DNA of 64,000 bases from Camelus ferus (GCF_009834535.1 NC_045707.1:64234001-64298000), one strand, 5' to 3'; shown: positions 38,410 through 50,790, numbered from the stretch's first letter. The notes: generated by a model not told the origin, from the sequence alone. Numbers and translations: made by a program.

Positions 38410-38979
38410 TGCCTTTTCTCCTCCCTCCCCTTTCTCTCTCCCCTCCCCTGAAGCCCTTCTCAGATACCGATGGATTAATATCAAGCGACTGGAAGGACAT
38501 TTGGAGAGAATTCAGCTAAACAGGTCAAGCCAGCCCCCAAAAGATAAAGTGATGGAAAAATCTAAGGGTGAATGGAGTTAGTATCATTTATGGAAGACAT
38601 ATTTGTAGAACCATCCGATAGAAACACATAATTAATAGTACCTCAAATTCATAGCTGGAGCTAATGAATTAGGGTGAATACACCTCCATCTGGGAATAAT
38701 TAATAGTAATTTATAAACTCCTTAAGGAAAGGAGCTATGTCTTCACCTTCCTCAGCCAGTCTCCAGTGTGCCATAGAATCTGCTTTATCCATCTAGTCTT
38801 TCAAAATTTATTAAGTACTAGGTCGTACGCAAAGGCATTGGGAGATACCAAAGAAAAACAAGGCACCCTTACCTTCATGGAACTTAAAACTTCGGGGAAG
38901 AGGGCAAAACAAGAGGGAATGTAATAATCTGCTCTCAGTAAGGGAAAATTAAAGAGATACGGGGCTCATTAGTAGTGGG

Positions 38980-39700
38980 GTAGGTCACGCTGGCTTCCCA
39001 ATACCAAACGCAGAAACTCTGCTCAGAACTGGTTTAAACTACAAGTGGGAATTTATTGGTTTAGTCAACTGCAAAGTGAAGAGTGTTACTCGATTTAGGC
39101 TGATCAGATGCTCAAATGACCTATCAAGAATGTCTTTCTCCACCATGTTGGCTCTGCCTTCCTCTGAGTGATGGAGAGTCTTAAGACAGGCTCTACCCAT
39201 GTTGTGGCAAAGATACCCACTGGCAGCTTCATATTTACACTATGTCACTTGAGTAACAGCAGCAGCAAAAGAGTACTTCTTCCCAAGAATTCCAGCAAAA
39301 CTCTTGGAACGTCCTCTTGTTGGTATAACTTTGGTAAAGTGCCTATCCATGAGTTATGGTTGCCAGACAGATGAAGTAGGCTCACTGGTGGGCTTAAGTC
39401 ATTTTTCAAAATGAAAATCAAGGTTGTTAGAATAAGAGGGCATGAATTCTGGGCACGTAAAAGCAGTAGGGCTTCGAAGATACCGCAAACAGTTGATGGC
39501 AATCTGTGAAGGAATAACTGTGACCCACTCCCCACCAAAGGATGGGTTGGGTTTGAGGGGTGCTTCAGTTTGCATATGCAAAATCTTAGTCACATGGCCA
39601 TACCTAACTGCAACAGGAAGCTGGGCAAAGTATTTCCTGTCTATGCCATCACAATGCCACTAGAGAGAATAGATTCTGAAGAACAGCTATCAGTTCCCCG
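38980..39700 (-). mobile_element. Degenerate MLT1J/K-like MaLR LTR pieces
   Basis: gcagaaactctgctcagaactggtttaaac...gggaatttattgg; aacttggt-like middle segment; tagtcacatggccatacctaactgcaa. Confidence 0.5.
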
Positions 39701-41671
39701 TACAAAGAGGAATTTACTTAGTCAGAAAGGTCTTGAAGGGGTGCACAGAGGAGGTGATGATTGGGGTAATATCCGAAGGAAGAGTAGCAGTTTAAACTAG
39801 GAGGCAAAAGGTGGGGAGGTGTCTGTGTGTTTTCAGCTCTGGGCTGGAGAGGCCAGTGTTCCGGAGAGAAGTCAGCACGTAAATGCTGGTGAATGTGGGA
39901 GGACGTATGCCATGGTATTAGCACTGACGTCTCGGGGGTTAGGACAGGAAGAAGAGAAGAGGGAGATTACTACTTTTTCTTCATGTAACTGCCAGCCACA
40001 CCTGAAGGTTACTCTCAAATATTACAAAATATCATTTAACTTGACACAACAAACTTGTATTAATTTCGTAATATTTTAGTCCCACAAAATAAAGTAAGAG
40101 ATTGGCAGAAAATGGCATTTAATTGTAGATCTAGAAGACAACGTCACCGTCCTTCCTGGAAGCTGAGTGAGACAAAGTAATTTTCTTAAATCTTATCCAA
40201 AATAAGCACTGGGATTAGAATCCAAGTTATTTGGTTAAAACAAGTATGAGGTTTTAGAATTGTCTCCAACCATCATTTATATATTCTCTACCTTTTCTTT
40301 GTGTGAATAATGACTCTTTATGGACTGAAAGCCAGGCACTGTGTTAGGCCTTGAAAATACTGCAATGAACTTGGCATTTGTGGGCCCCCCTGGGCTCGTA
40401 GTTTCAGTCTCACTTAAATTCATTCATTAATGTCTGTTAATCATTGAAGGCAACGTAAACAATATGTAAACTATCTATGGTTTCAGATCCATGATTACTA
40501 GAAAAAGTGAAATTCGAAGCCATGCAGTTATGGTTATGCGGTTGTTTAGGATCTGGGTGTTGTTTCATTCACTTGGATGCAAAAATTTATGTAAAAATTA
40601 TTTTTACTTGAGATGATTGCATCATCACACTTAGCGGCATTTTCACCTTAAGTTATCCGTCTTTCAGCCACTTTAGGTGACCAATGCTGAGAATAGTGTG
40701 AGCTCAGCTCTGCATTAGAAAGAGAGGAGCAGGAAGTTTAAGATTCTCAAGTTAAGTCCTTCTGGAGACATCCTCTCCAAGAGACAAGTGTCTGCAGTAG
40801 TCTTCCCTCGGGGTGTTTTGGTGTTTTAACTATTTGTTATAACGAGTCAAACACTACAGGAGAGATATAAATTCAAACTTTATCGTGACCCATGACTTTG
40901 TAAAATACTTTCAGATTTACCCAGGGTTTTATTTGAAATTCCAAGGAAATAAAAAGCTTATTCAGGTTAAAAAGTTGGGGAGGTGAAGCAGGGAATGACA
41001 GGGAAATTTATTCAATTACTCCCACGTGAAATGGGCTTCTATCTGAGTTGGGTGGATATGGTTGGTGTTTTCCTGGATCCATTTCTGATTTGATGCTAGA
41101 AAAAGATAGATTTCTGAACAGATTTTTTTAAAAAGCCAGTTTTACTTTAAAATGCCTTAGTTCTCCAGTTGAACAGTCCTACCCCAACATGAGCTAAGTA
41201 AGGCAAGGTAGTAAATTACACATTACTTGATAGGTCTTTGAACTTCCTAGCTGTGATTTATTGTGATGAAGCAGAGAAACACAGATCTATGCTTCATTGG
41301 TCAGAGAGCTCTGGTATGGTTATCGGTCCAATTTCATAATTTACTTTTATGGTACAAAAGACACATCAAGATAATCTTGTCTCTCTAGTTTTTGGCATCA
41401 GTGAAGGCTTTTGTTTTCTCAAAAACAATCCTATCAGTCATTTCAAAAAATTTGGCCTTAAGTGCAATTCTGGACCTAAAAGCAATTCTGCACATCTGGC
41501 TTCTCTTCTCCCAGTGAGTTACATCTTCGTAGGATTTAAAAAATATGTATGTTTAAGAGTAGCCTTCAGGTGTGGTTGGGCAGTAAGCACGTATGTCTCC
41601 ATATGCTGGAGAAATCAGGGAAGATGGAGGGGCAATGAAGTGGTAATGAAGAGCTAGGTCTCCCTGGAACC

Positions 41672-43220
41672 CATGAATGAATGTATTAATTTCACAAACA
41701 TTTATTGAATGCTGGCTACAGTGCAGACTCTGCAGTAGGTGCTGGTGAGTTAAAAGTGAATAAGGTAAATATTCCTGCTGTAAATAAGGGATCTCTGAGA
41801 CTCAACTGAGACTCAGAGAAGACAATTATTAGTCTCAAAAATACCTGTCTGCCAAACATTGTGATCTATATTATGATGAAAAGTTGCAAGGCTTTAGGAG
41901 ATTGTATAGAAGGGACCCAATCTAGCCTGAGGAATCCCGGAAGACTTCCTCCAGGGGAAAGTGACATTTAAGCAAAATACTTGTAAAATTAATGGATGCC
42001 AGTGAAATGAGGGGCAAAGGAGAAGAGGTCCAGACAGAGGGACCAGCATGTCCAAAGGGCGAGAGGCAGAACGTGGTGCTTTTGAGGGGCTAAGAGGTGG
42101 AAGATGGCTCTCAGATTTACAAGCCCAGTTCCCCACCTTCCCATGAAGTCTATTCTCATGCATCTAGTTATCAATGTGCCATCTTCACCTGGGTGTCTCA
42201 TAGACAGCTCAAACTCACCAAGGACAAAACAGAGCTCTTGACTTTCTCTCCTAAAACTTGCTTTTCCTCCAGAGTTTGGCATTTTAGCATTGCTATTTAC
42301 TTAACAGCTCAGTCCCCTAAACCTTGGATATTTGGCCCTTCTGCTCTCACATCCACCTTCAGTCCCTTAGCAAATTCTGTTGGATATGCCCTTAAAATAT
42401 CCCTGAATATATTTTTCAACAGCTCTCCTCCAGCTGCCTACGTTTAAATCACCACCTTGGCTTACTTGGGCCAAAGCAAGAGCTTTCTGACTTCTCTCTC
42501 TCTCTCTCCACTTTTGCACCATCTTAGTCCATTCTACAAGCAGGAGCCAAAGGGTAGCTTTTAAGCATTCACCAGATCCTGGGACTCCCCTGCTCAAAAC
42601 CCTGCAAGGGCTTCTCTTGACATTTGAATTCCAATTCACATGCCACCTTATCTGGCCCCGCCTACTCTTCTGTTACCATCTGAGCCAATCTCTTCTTCCT
42701 TCACCTGTCCTCAACTGTCATTGTGTTCCAAACAGGTGCAGTTCATGCTCCAGGCTCTACCTTTAATGCTGTTTCCCTGAGTCTGTGCATGGCTTGCACC
42801 TTCACCTCATTTACGTATCTTTTCGAAAGTCTCCTTCTCAGAGAAGCTTGTCAACAGCACCCCGTTGCTACTGGAACTTCTTGCCTGTTTTATTTTTCTT
42901 AACAGTATTTATCTCTACCTGACATTGTATTATAGACCCTATATTAATTTGGTTTATTGATGGCATGGTCCTTATTCTTCTTGCATATTTTTCTAGTATG
43001 TCAGTACACATTTGTGGAATGAACGAAAGCCTGTGTGGCTGACATCTGGTAAATGAGGAGAGGAGTGGTATAAAAATGAGGCGGGCAAGGTAGGTGTTTT
43101 TAAAATATGCAAAGCATTGTAAGACACCTTGAGAAGTTTGTACTTTTCCCTAAAAGTGAGAAGCCATTGAAGATTTTAACAAGGAGCAGTGATACAACCT
43201 GATTTACATTTTAAATTTTT
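41672..43220. mobile_element. Antisense L2 (41672-42100, 43030-43220) enclosing a sense L2 (~42150-43025)
   Basis: caaacatttattgaatg...gaagacttcctccaggggaaagtgacatttaagc; inner gggtgtctcatagacagctcaaactcacca...ttgtggaatgaacgaa; then gaagccattgaagattttaac...tgatttacatttta. Confidence 0.7.
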
Positions 43221-44084
43221 TTCAATGAAATTGTCCGTGAGCATGTTTTGTTTTCTTGACCTCAGGGACAACAAACTAACAAACACATTTTTAGTTGCTT
43301 TGTATAACTCTGTTTAACAAAAATCACATGTGTGAGACTGAAAGTAACTCCTTCCATAGAGCAAAATAACCTGGTTATCAAATAATTTTTAGTCTAGAGA
43401 GGCAACAGCTATTATGTGATTTTTTGGATAAAACATCATTTTAAAATAATTACAATTTTATTATTGCCAAACAAATATATTTTCTTATACTTTTATATAT
43501 TATGGTAAGCCTTGATAGATTTAGTTTACCTTTATCCTTATGAAGATATTTGTTGAAATAGAATGTCTATTCTGAGGTAGAGGGATAAGAAATAAAAAGC
43601 CTTTAGGGTTTTTTGAATGGAATCTAGACTACAGCCTAGCATAGTATTTAAAAATTTTTTATTTTATGGACTACTAATATTTCCCAACATATGCAGGAGT
43701 GTTTTATGTAAATGGGACCTTGGTGCCAGACATGTTTCACACGGGATGGGTTAAATGAAATTGTGTCTCTAACTCAGGATTTCCAGAGCCTGTGATTTGC
43801 TAATGTGCACCGGGAATACCGGGGTGGGGACAGAGAATGCAGCATTTCCTGTCGCCCCCTTTTCACAGAGCAACTCTTCTGCAGAACATAGGTTGTGAAT
43901 TGCTGATGGACTGAGGCCCAAAGGACGTGGGTGTAACTCAGATGGTACTCGCAGGTGGGCTTCATGGCTGTACAACCCGGGCAGTCCGACAAGGCCCAGC
44001 TCTCAGAAGGAGCCCTGAGTCTGGTTAATGCTCTGCTGGCACCGTCTTGAAATTTTTCTTAAATGTTTTCTACCTTTGAACTTG

Positions 44085-44485
44085 GGTTTCGTAGGCAACG
44101 TCCGAAGGGTCACAGGAGAATGCGCACAAGCAGAGATGTGGCGCTGAGCCCCGCCGATCGGGCATGCGCACTGGGGCGGTCTGGGCGCCCTGGGGCTCCG
44201 CGGAGGCAGCGGAAGCTGGAACCTGGGTCCTCGCTGGTGGCGTCCTGGAAGGGGAGCGGCCCCCGTCGCCGCAGCACCGCGTGGCTCCCCGGAGAGAGGA
44301 GGGCTCCGCGTGAGGACAGCAGCAGGACAGCGTGGAAGGCCGGCTTGCTGTCATTCCCGTGGCCAGTCTCCTTCCTGTGGCGTCTGCAAATACATTACGT
44401 TTAAGGCCTGGGAGAACTGGGACAGGACCTGCTGGCGCTCAGGTAATACACTGTTCAGTAAAAATTACAAAATAAAAGCGTTCAC
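44085..44485 (+). promoter_or_regulatory. CpG-island-like segment, candidate promoter and first exon
   Basis: About 30 CpGs in ~400 bp (hand count); GCATGCGCA at 44162, GGGGCGG at 44173, CGGAAG at 44210; donor CAG|gtaata at 44442/44443. Confidence 0.55.
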
Positions 44486-45200
44486 ACAGACAGCCTAAGG
44501 AAGCATATTCGAGGAGTTGCCAGAATTCTTCAAAGATGTTAGAGTCTCTGGTTTTGAAAACTTCTGAAACACTGCAAAGCAAATTCTGTATTTATAGACT
44601 TAGAAATTAAATTTAAAGATCATTATAGCCATTGGAAAACAATGCTATTTTCATATAACACTTTGGATGAACCAGTTGTTAAGAGGAAGACAGGTTTAAA
44701 ATTTCCTGGTAATTGGAGATAGAATGCATGAAGAGACGCTTTGAACTGTATACAAATCATGAAGCCAGTTTTGGTTTTTTGTACAAACTCCACAAGTTAC
44801 AAGAAATGTCAGAGGAAACGTTAAAATGCCGCTGTATAAATTTACATTTATAGCCAAATTCAGACTTACGTGGAACTGACACGTGTGAAGAATTAAATCT
44901 TTCTGGAAAATTACTCCACAAGAGCCATTAGTTCTAGATGTACTAAAATTTATACTTCGAAATAATTTATCCAAAATGTATTTCTTTCTTGTCACAGCCC
45001 ATAAAATATTCTTAACAGCTCTATTAGCAGTTGCATTAGCAGAAAGATCTTTCTGCAAATAAAAATGATCAAATTATCTGTGGTATTCCATTTGCCAAGA
45101 GTAACTGACATCACTTTCAACTATATCAATTGAAAATGAAGTTGCTAAGTGTATAATTTTAATGAGCTAACAAATGAAATTTTAGCAATCCAGGCCAGAA
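44450..45200 (+). pseudogene. Decayed hAT transposase C-terminus including the dimerisation (hATC) domain
   Basis: From about 44931 it reads VLDVLKFILRNNLSKMYFFLVTAHKIFLTALLAVALAERSFCK*K*SNYLWYSICQE*LTSLSTISIENEVAK, the hATC AERSFS..K..L..L..LSIE pattern with stops. Confidence 0.85.
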
Positions 45201-45385
45201 GATTTTACCATCAAAATATAATATAAAATATTATTTTAATTTTATTATATAAAATTATGACACCAAAATGATATTTTTTGCAATTTGAAATTTTAAGCTG
45301 GTACTCATATGATCACTGTCACCCTTGTTCTGTTTTATAAGTTATTAACATATTTTTAAAGGAAAACTTTATATTTTTGTGCTTT

Positions 45386-45985
45386 GTAAAATTGAAGTAT
45401 AGTTGATTTACAAAATTAAATTAGTTTCAAGTGTATAACATAACTGATTCAATATTTTTATAGATTATACTCCATTTAAGGTTATAAAACAATGGCTATG
45501 TTTTCCTGTGCTATAAACTATATCCTTGTATCTTATTTTTTTATACATTGTAGTTTGTACCTTTTAATTCCCTAACCCTAACTTGCCCCTCCCCCAATCT
45601 GTTTCCCCACTGGTAGCCAGGAGTTTGTTCTCTGTATCTGTTTCTCTTTTGTCATATTCATTTGTTGTATTTTTTAGATTCCACAAATAAGCAAAATCAT
45701 ATAGTATTTCTCTTTCTCTGTCTGACATTTCACTAAACATAATACCCTCTCAGCTTTCATTCTTCTTAATGGCTGAGTAATATTCTATTGTATATATGTA
45801 TATATACCACATCTTCTTAATCCAGTCATCTGTTGATGGACACTTAGGTTGCTTCCATATCTTGGCTATTGTAAATAATGCTGCTGTGAACGTTGGGGTG
45901 CATGTATCTTTTGAAATTAGTGTTTTCATTTTCTTCAGATATATATCCCTAGGAGTGGAATTGCTGGATAATATGGTAGTTTTAT
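45386..45985 (-). mobile_element. L1 ORF2 end and 3' UTR nested in the Zaphod element
   Basis: attgaagtatagttgatttaca...taatggctgagtaatattc...gttgatggacacttaggttgcttccatatcttggctattgtaaataatgctgc. Confidence 0.9.
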
Positions 45986-46015
45986 GTTTGTATGTATTTG
46001 TGCCTTTAAAAATTT

Positions 46016-46140
46016 TGTTTTTTCTTTTTGGGGGGTAATTAGGTAGGTTGATTGATTGATTTAATGGAGGTACTGAGGATTGAACCCAGGACCTTGTTCA
46101 TGCTAAGCAGGCACTCTACCACTGAGCTATCCCCTCCCCA
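46016..46140 (-). mobile_element. Full-length camelid tRNA-Ala-derived SINE (vic-1-type)
   Basis: Reverse complement is ggggaggggaTAGCTCAGTGGtagagtgcctgcttagcatgaacaaggtcctgGGTTCAATCCtcagtacctcca, then acctaattacccccc and an A tail; A and B boxes present. Confidence 0.9.
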
Positions 46141-46734
46141 CCATTTGCACTTTTAGATGTACATTTTCCTTGCTTTTCGAACAAGTGGTTCACATTTTCA
46201 TTTTATACCACGCCCAGCAAATTATTTAGCTAAGCCTGGATAGTAGGCATGAAATGATGAAACAAAGTTGTCCAGCCTACTTCCCCAGGGGATGTTTGGG
46301 ATGTTTTGAAGGAGGTATCATGGTAATAGACAAATGTATGATTTGCTTTAGGTTTGCAGTCTGTGGCAACAAATACACTTTTCACTACCAAGCTTCAGAA
46401 TCCTTCTCACTTTCATAGCATGCTGAGAACATAGAAGGCAATGTAGGCCAGTAGCTGAGAACGTAGAAGATACAAAAAGAAGTTTACACATCTAGCTTTA
46501 TCAGAAGTATCAGCAGTTGCTTTCCTTCAAGAATTAGAAAAGTCAAGGTCAATTCCTAACAGTGGAAATACTTCGAAAAGAATTTCCCAAAGTGAGAATT
46601 ATCCTTAGGATTGAGTACTTCCAAAATGTTAAAAGGATTAACTTTTATGTAAAACCTGAGAACAGGCGAGGCAGAATCTTGTGGTGTGTTGTGAAAACTG
46701 TGTGTGTATGTGGCGGTGTACATGTACGTGGTCA

Positions 46735-46764
46735 TGGTGGTGACGGTGGTGACGGTGGTGGTGA
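46735..46764. repeat. Short (GGTGGTGAC)n tandem
   Basis: ggtggtgacggtggtgacggtggtggtga. Confidence 0.8.
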
Positions 46765-49079
46765 TCATGTGGGTAGCATTGTTGGAAGGGATGACTTGCC
46801 TGGGGACATAGGGCACAACAGCGTGAAGGACCTAGTAGGTCATGTTATGGATTACGGGCTTTATTCTAGAGAATTGGATGGTCGTATAATTCTGGAAGCA
46901 AAACACGCTATTTTTTCCCAATAATCTTAGCGTTCATAATGTGATGTGGAATAAATAGTTCCACACAGTATACTGCAGCAGCAGTTTACTGAAGAGAACT
47001 GTTGATGGATGATGTCATCTTTGTGAATTGGGAGGTGTGATGAAAGTTACAGCTTCTTTACTTTGTGAAGGATTTTCACAAGTTGTTTCCCGTAGGAAAA
47101 ACTGGGCCAGTCTTTATTCTAAGAAAGCTCCCTGGCTATGTGGAATACTTTAGGGCTCATTTCGCTTCCTTTGATGAACTGATAAAGTGCTTTGAGCAGG
47201 CAACCAGAACAAAAGCTGTAACAATGGGCCTGAGTAGATAAGTGGAATAACTTTAATATCTTGATTTTATATTGGTAAATGTTTTCCCAGACCTGACATA
47301 ATAGAGTAGATCATAAACCTCGGTGACTACTGATAAACTTTGTTTTAAATGTGAGCGAACATTGAACTTAAAAATCCGAGTATAAGGAATAGGACCTGTT
47401 ACCTATTTAAAAAGATTTAGAGACATGTACGAAGAACTTAAAGAACTCTCAAATTTGCAAAAATTACTAGATTATTTAACTTTTTGTACAATTCAATAAA
47501 GTATAACTTAAGACTATAATGTGACATCTTGAGAACGTAATTAAACCTTCCATTCAAAACTTCTGGCCAAGAACCATTCACTTTTTTTCTTTTATTACCA
47601 CTTTTTTTTTTTTCATTGCCATTACCAGCGTTAGTAATTGGCTTTCTTTTCTGGACCATGTTCCACCAAGAAACAAAACTTTATTACTTCTCAGGAAATG
47701 CAGAATAAATGATAATGAGTAGAATCAGAGAGGCAGATTTAAATGAAATGAAATTAAATGCTTATGAAACACTGGCAGTTGATGTAACTGAAAAAGGAGA
47801 ACGATTTACAAAAAAGTTCCGATGACTCTTCTTTTACTGTAAGAAACATAATGACTCAAGTGTAATAATGAAAGGCCACTAATCCTAGTTTCATTTGGGA
47901 GTAATAGGGAGGAGTAAGGAGTGTGGCAAACTGAAGTACACATCCAGCTAATTCTGGCCACATAGAAATTTTTTAGAGAGAAGATATAAATATGTTTTTT
48001 AGTTTAAAAATATGACTTCTTTTAGTTTTTTAACTTTGGCTAGATTTTTTAAATGCCACATGAATCAAACAAAATGTGTCTGCAGGCTGATTAACCCCAG
48101 AGGCAGCCAATTTTTTGAATGCTTGAGTACGGAATAATCAAGACCCATTGAGATGCTCTACTAGACTGTTTGCTGGACTAGTGTTCTCCAGAGAGGGATA
48201 TGAAAGGAGGAAGGGAAGGAGAGAGAGAGAGAGGCCAAGCTCAAATTGTTTTATTAATAAGGGTGAGCAGTCAAAGAAGTTTAGAGACCCTGAGCTGCAA
48301 CATATGGCCTTATAATTCACAGGATTCACTTTAATTTCTCAGCAAAATTTAAAAAATCACTTTGGAGTAGCTTAAGACCAGCTGAAACAGCATCTGTAAA
48401 ATGCTGTGTGTGCATCTATTATACCTTAATTTTATTATCAATCAATTATCTTACAAAAATCTAGGACAAAATTAAAGTCTGTTTCTTAGTTTAACGATGG
48501 GGAGATTTAACTCATGAGTGTCAAACTGGAAAATTTCCTTGATGGAGCAGTATTTGTTTTCATTTTTACGTGAATTATTAGGATTATAGACTAGGGAACA
48601 AGTGGATTGTTCTAGTTACCTTTGGAAATATGGAGAAAAACTCATGCACACTGAGTTTCAATGGGAGTAATTTTCTTTATTAATTGCCTAGCGCCCTGGA
48701 GAATTATTTATCCAGTGCCTACTCTGTTATGCTCTTACTTTCTGGAGCTAAGAGGAGGCTCACAGTGAGCAGAACTGCCCAATGGTTTTTCCATATTTCA
48801 TTCTGTTTTCTTCTCGGGGAAGGAGTAAATCTCACTGGGATCTCACTGACTAGTAGACAGTCTTCAGTCTGGTAGCTTTACTCAAGCACCCATCCGTTCT
48901 GATGATTTTTATTATGGCTTGTTTCATTTCAGTTTATTAATACATAAAAGAAGTCTTTGAATAGTTAGAATGTATTGCTCCTTTACTCAGTCACTATGGC
49001 TACTAGATATTTCTATGTATCATGTTGAATCTAAAACAGAAAAACACCAAGAAATGGATGTTACGGACTCCACTCTCTG

Positions 49080-49210
49080 CTAGAGGGAAATAAGCCTCAG
49101 AGCAGAAAACTTCTGAAAGTCACAGAGCTAGTTAGAGGCTGAGCCATGAGTTGAACCTGGGTTTTACTGACACCAGAATCTGTGTTCTTTCCACCGCTAC
49201 CACATTGTCT
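49080..49210 (-). mobile_element. MIR SINE
   Basis: aagtcacagagctagttagaggctgagcc...gaacctgggttttactgacaccagaatctgtgttctttcc. Confidence 0.7.
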
Positions 49211-49334
49211 ATCAGTTTACTCAGTGCTTTTATCAAGCCCAGTAGTCAAGAAAGTGTGCAGTAAGATATACTCAGTCACAGTCTGCTATTTTATTTGCTT
49301 GTTTTTAAGTTTGTTGAACTTTTGAAACACTGAT

Positions 49335-49775
49335 TTCTTTTTCTTTTCTTTTTTCTTTTTTTCCACTGAGAGATAATTGGCTTGCAATATTGGATTAGTT
49401 TCCGGTATACGACATAGTGACTCAGTAGTTTTGTATGTTACAAAATGATCAGCAAGATGAGCTACCGTCTGTCACCGCGCAAAGTTATTACAATATAATT
49501 GAATCCTCCTATGGTATGCTCCCTGGGACTCACTTATTTTGTATCTGGAAGTTTGTACCTCTTGATCCACTTCACCTGTTTCACCCATCCTCCCACTGCC
49601 CGCCCCTCTGGCAAACACTAGTTTGTTCTCTGTATCTGTGAGTCTGTTTCTGTTTTATTATGTTTGTTCTTTGGTTCTGTTTTTTAGATTTCACTTTTAA
49701 ATGAATCATACAGCATTTGTCTTTCTCTGTCTGACTTATTTCACTTAGCATAGTACCCCATAGGTCCCACCCAGT
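49335..49775 (-). mobile_element. L1 3' UTR (older laurasiatherian type)
   Basis: T-rich tail, then ctggaagtttgtacctcttga...tttgtctttctctgtctgacttatttcacttagcatag. Confidence 0.85.
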
Positions 49776-49833
49776 CTTTCTTCTTTTTTTTTTTTTTTTT
49801 TTTTAACTGATAAAGAATCTGAGACCTATAAAT

Positions 49834-50790
49834 ATTAGAGTTGTCTCTGGATATATGCCCAGAAATGGGATTGCTGGATCATATGGTAACTCTATTTTTA
49901 GTTTTTTATGGAACCTCTGTACTGATCTCCACAGTGGCCGCACCAATTTACATTCTCACCAGCAGTGTAGGAGAGTTCCCTTTTCTCCACACCCTCTCCA
50001 GCATTTATTGTTTGTGAACTTTTGAATGATGGCCATTTTGACTGTTAATGACATGCTACCTCACTGTAGTTTTGATTTACATTTCTCTGATAATTTGTGA
50101 TGTTGAGCATCTTTTCATGTGCCTGTTGGCCATCTGTATGTCTTCTTTGGGGAAATGTCTCTTTAGGTCTTCTGCCCACTTTTTGATTGGGTTCTTTGTT
50201 TTTTTTGTTACTGGGTTGTATGAGCTGTTTGTGTATTTTGGAAATTAAGCCCTTGTTAGTCTCATCTTTTGCAAATATTTTCTCTCAGTCAGTAGATTGT
50301 CTTTTCATTTTGTTTATGGTTTCCTTTGCTGTGCAAAAGCTTGTAAGTTTGATTAGGTCCCATTTATTTATTTTTGCTTTTATTTCTGTTGCCTTGGGAG
50401 ACTGACCTAGGAAAACATGGCCACAATTTACATCAGAGAATGTTTTGCCTGTGTTCTCTTCTCGGAGTTTTATGTCATGTTGAAGTCTTTAAGCCATTTG
50501 GAGTTTATTTTTGTGTATGGTGTGAGGGAGTGTTCTGACTTTACTGATTTATATGCAGCTGTCCAGCTTTCCCAACACCACATGCTGAAGAAATTGTGTT
50601 TTCTCCTATTGTGTATTTTTCCCTTCTTTGTCAACGATTAATTGACCGTAGGTATGTGTGTTTTTTTTCTGGGCTCTCTATTCTGTTCCATTGATCCATA
50701 TGTCTGTTTTTGTGCCAGGATCATTCTGTTTTGATTACTGTAGCTCTGTAGTTTTGTCTCAAGTCTGGGAGTGTTATGCCTCCAGCTTTG
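49834..50790 (-). mobile_element. L1 ORF2 internal fragment (~950 bp)
   Basis: ggatatatgcccagaaatgggattgctggatcatatgg...tttgctgtgcaaaagcttgtaagtttgattaggtccca...cctccagctttgttcttt. Confidence 0.92.

Larger units (their letters stand above)
43952..46238 (+). mobile_element. Zaphod-type hAT-Tip100 DNA transposon with both ends (internally deleted), containing nested L1 and SINE
   Basis: The 5' end cagg..ggcttcatgg...ctcagaagg...ttaatgctctgctg..ccgtcttgaaatt and 3' end gaacaag..cattttcatttt...gcaaattatttagc..gcctg match recalled MER91A/Zaphod ends. Internal transposase relic; degenerate TSD ggtactcg/gatagtag. Confidence 0.82.

Noticed and set aside
44063..44404. 113-aa Arg-rich ORF and overlapping ORFs
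   Set aside because: Stop-codon scarcity in a GC-rich segment; no recognisable domain.
44696..45058. 120-aa minus-strand ORF
   Set aside because: Antisense to the decayed transposase; the real homology is on the + strand and interrupted by stops.
46065..46140. tRNA-Ala(AGC) gene
   Set aside because: Altered 5' end and arms, plus a SINE-specific tail and A-rich end; it is a SINE.
46556..46924. Overlapping 86- and 120-aa ORFs
   Set aside because: They span low-complexity GT/GGT repeats with no splice or domain support.
47037..47183. C/D box snoRNA (GTGATGA...CTGA)
   Set aside because: No terminal stem or evident rRNA antisense element; such boxes arise by chance.
50048..50641. Hydrophobic + strand ORFs (also 9080-9448, 45796-46038, 54905-55231)
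   Set aside because: Antisense L1 translations, a well-known source of spurious ORFs.
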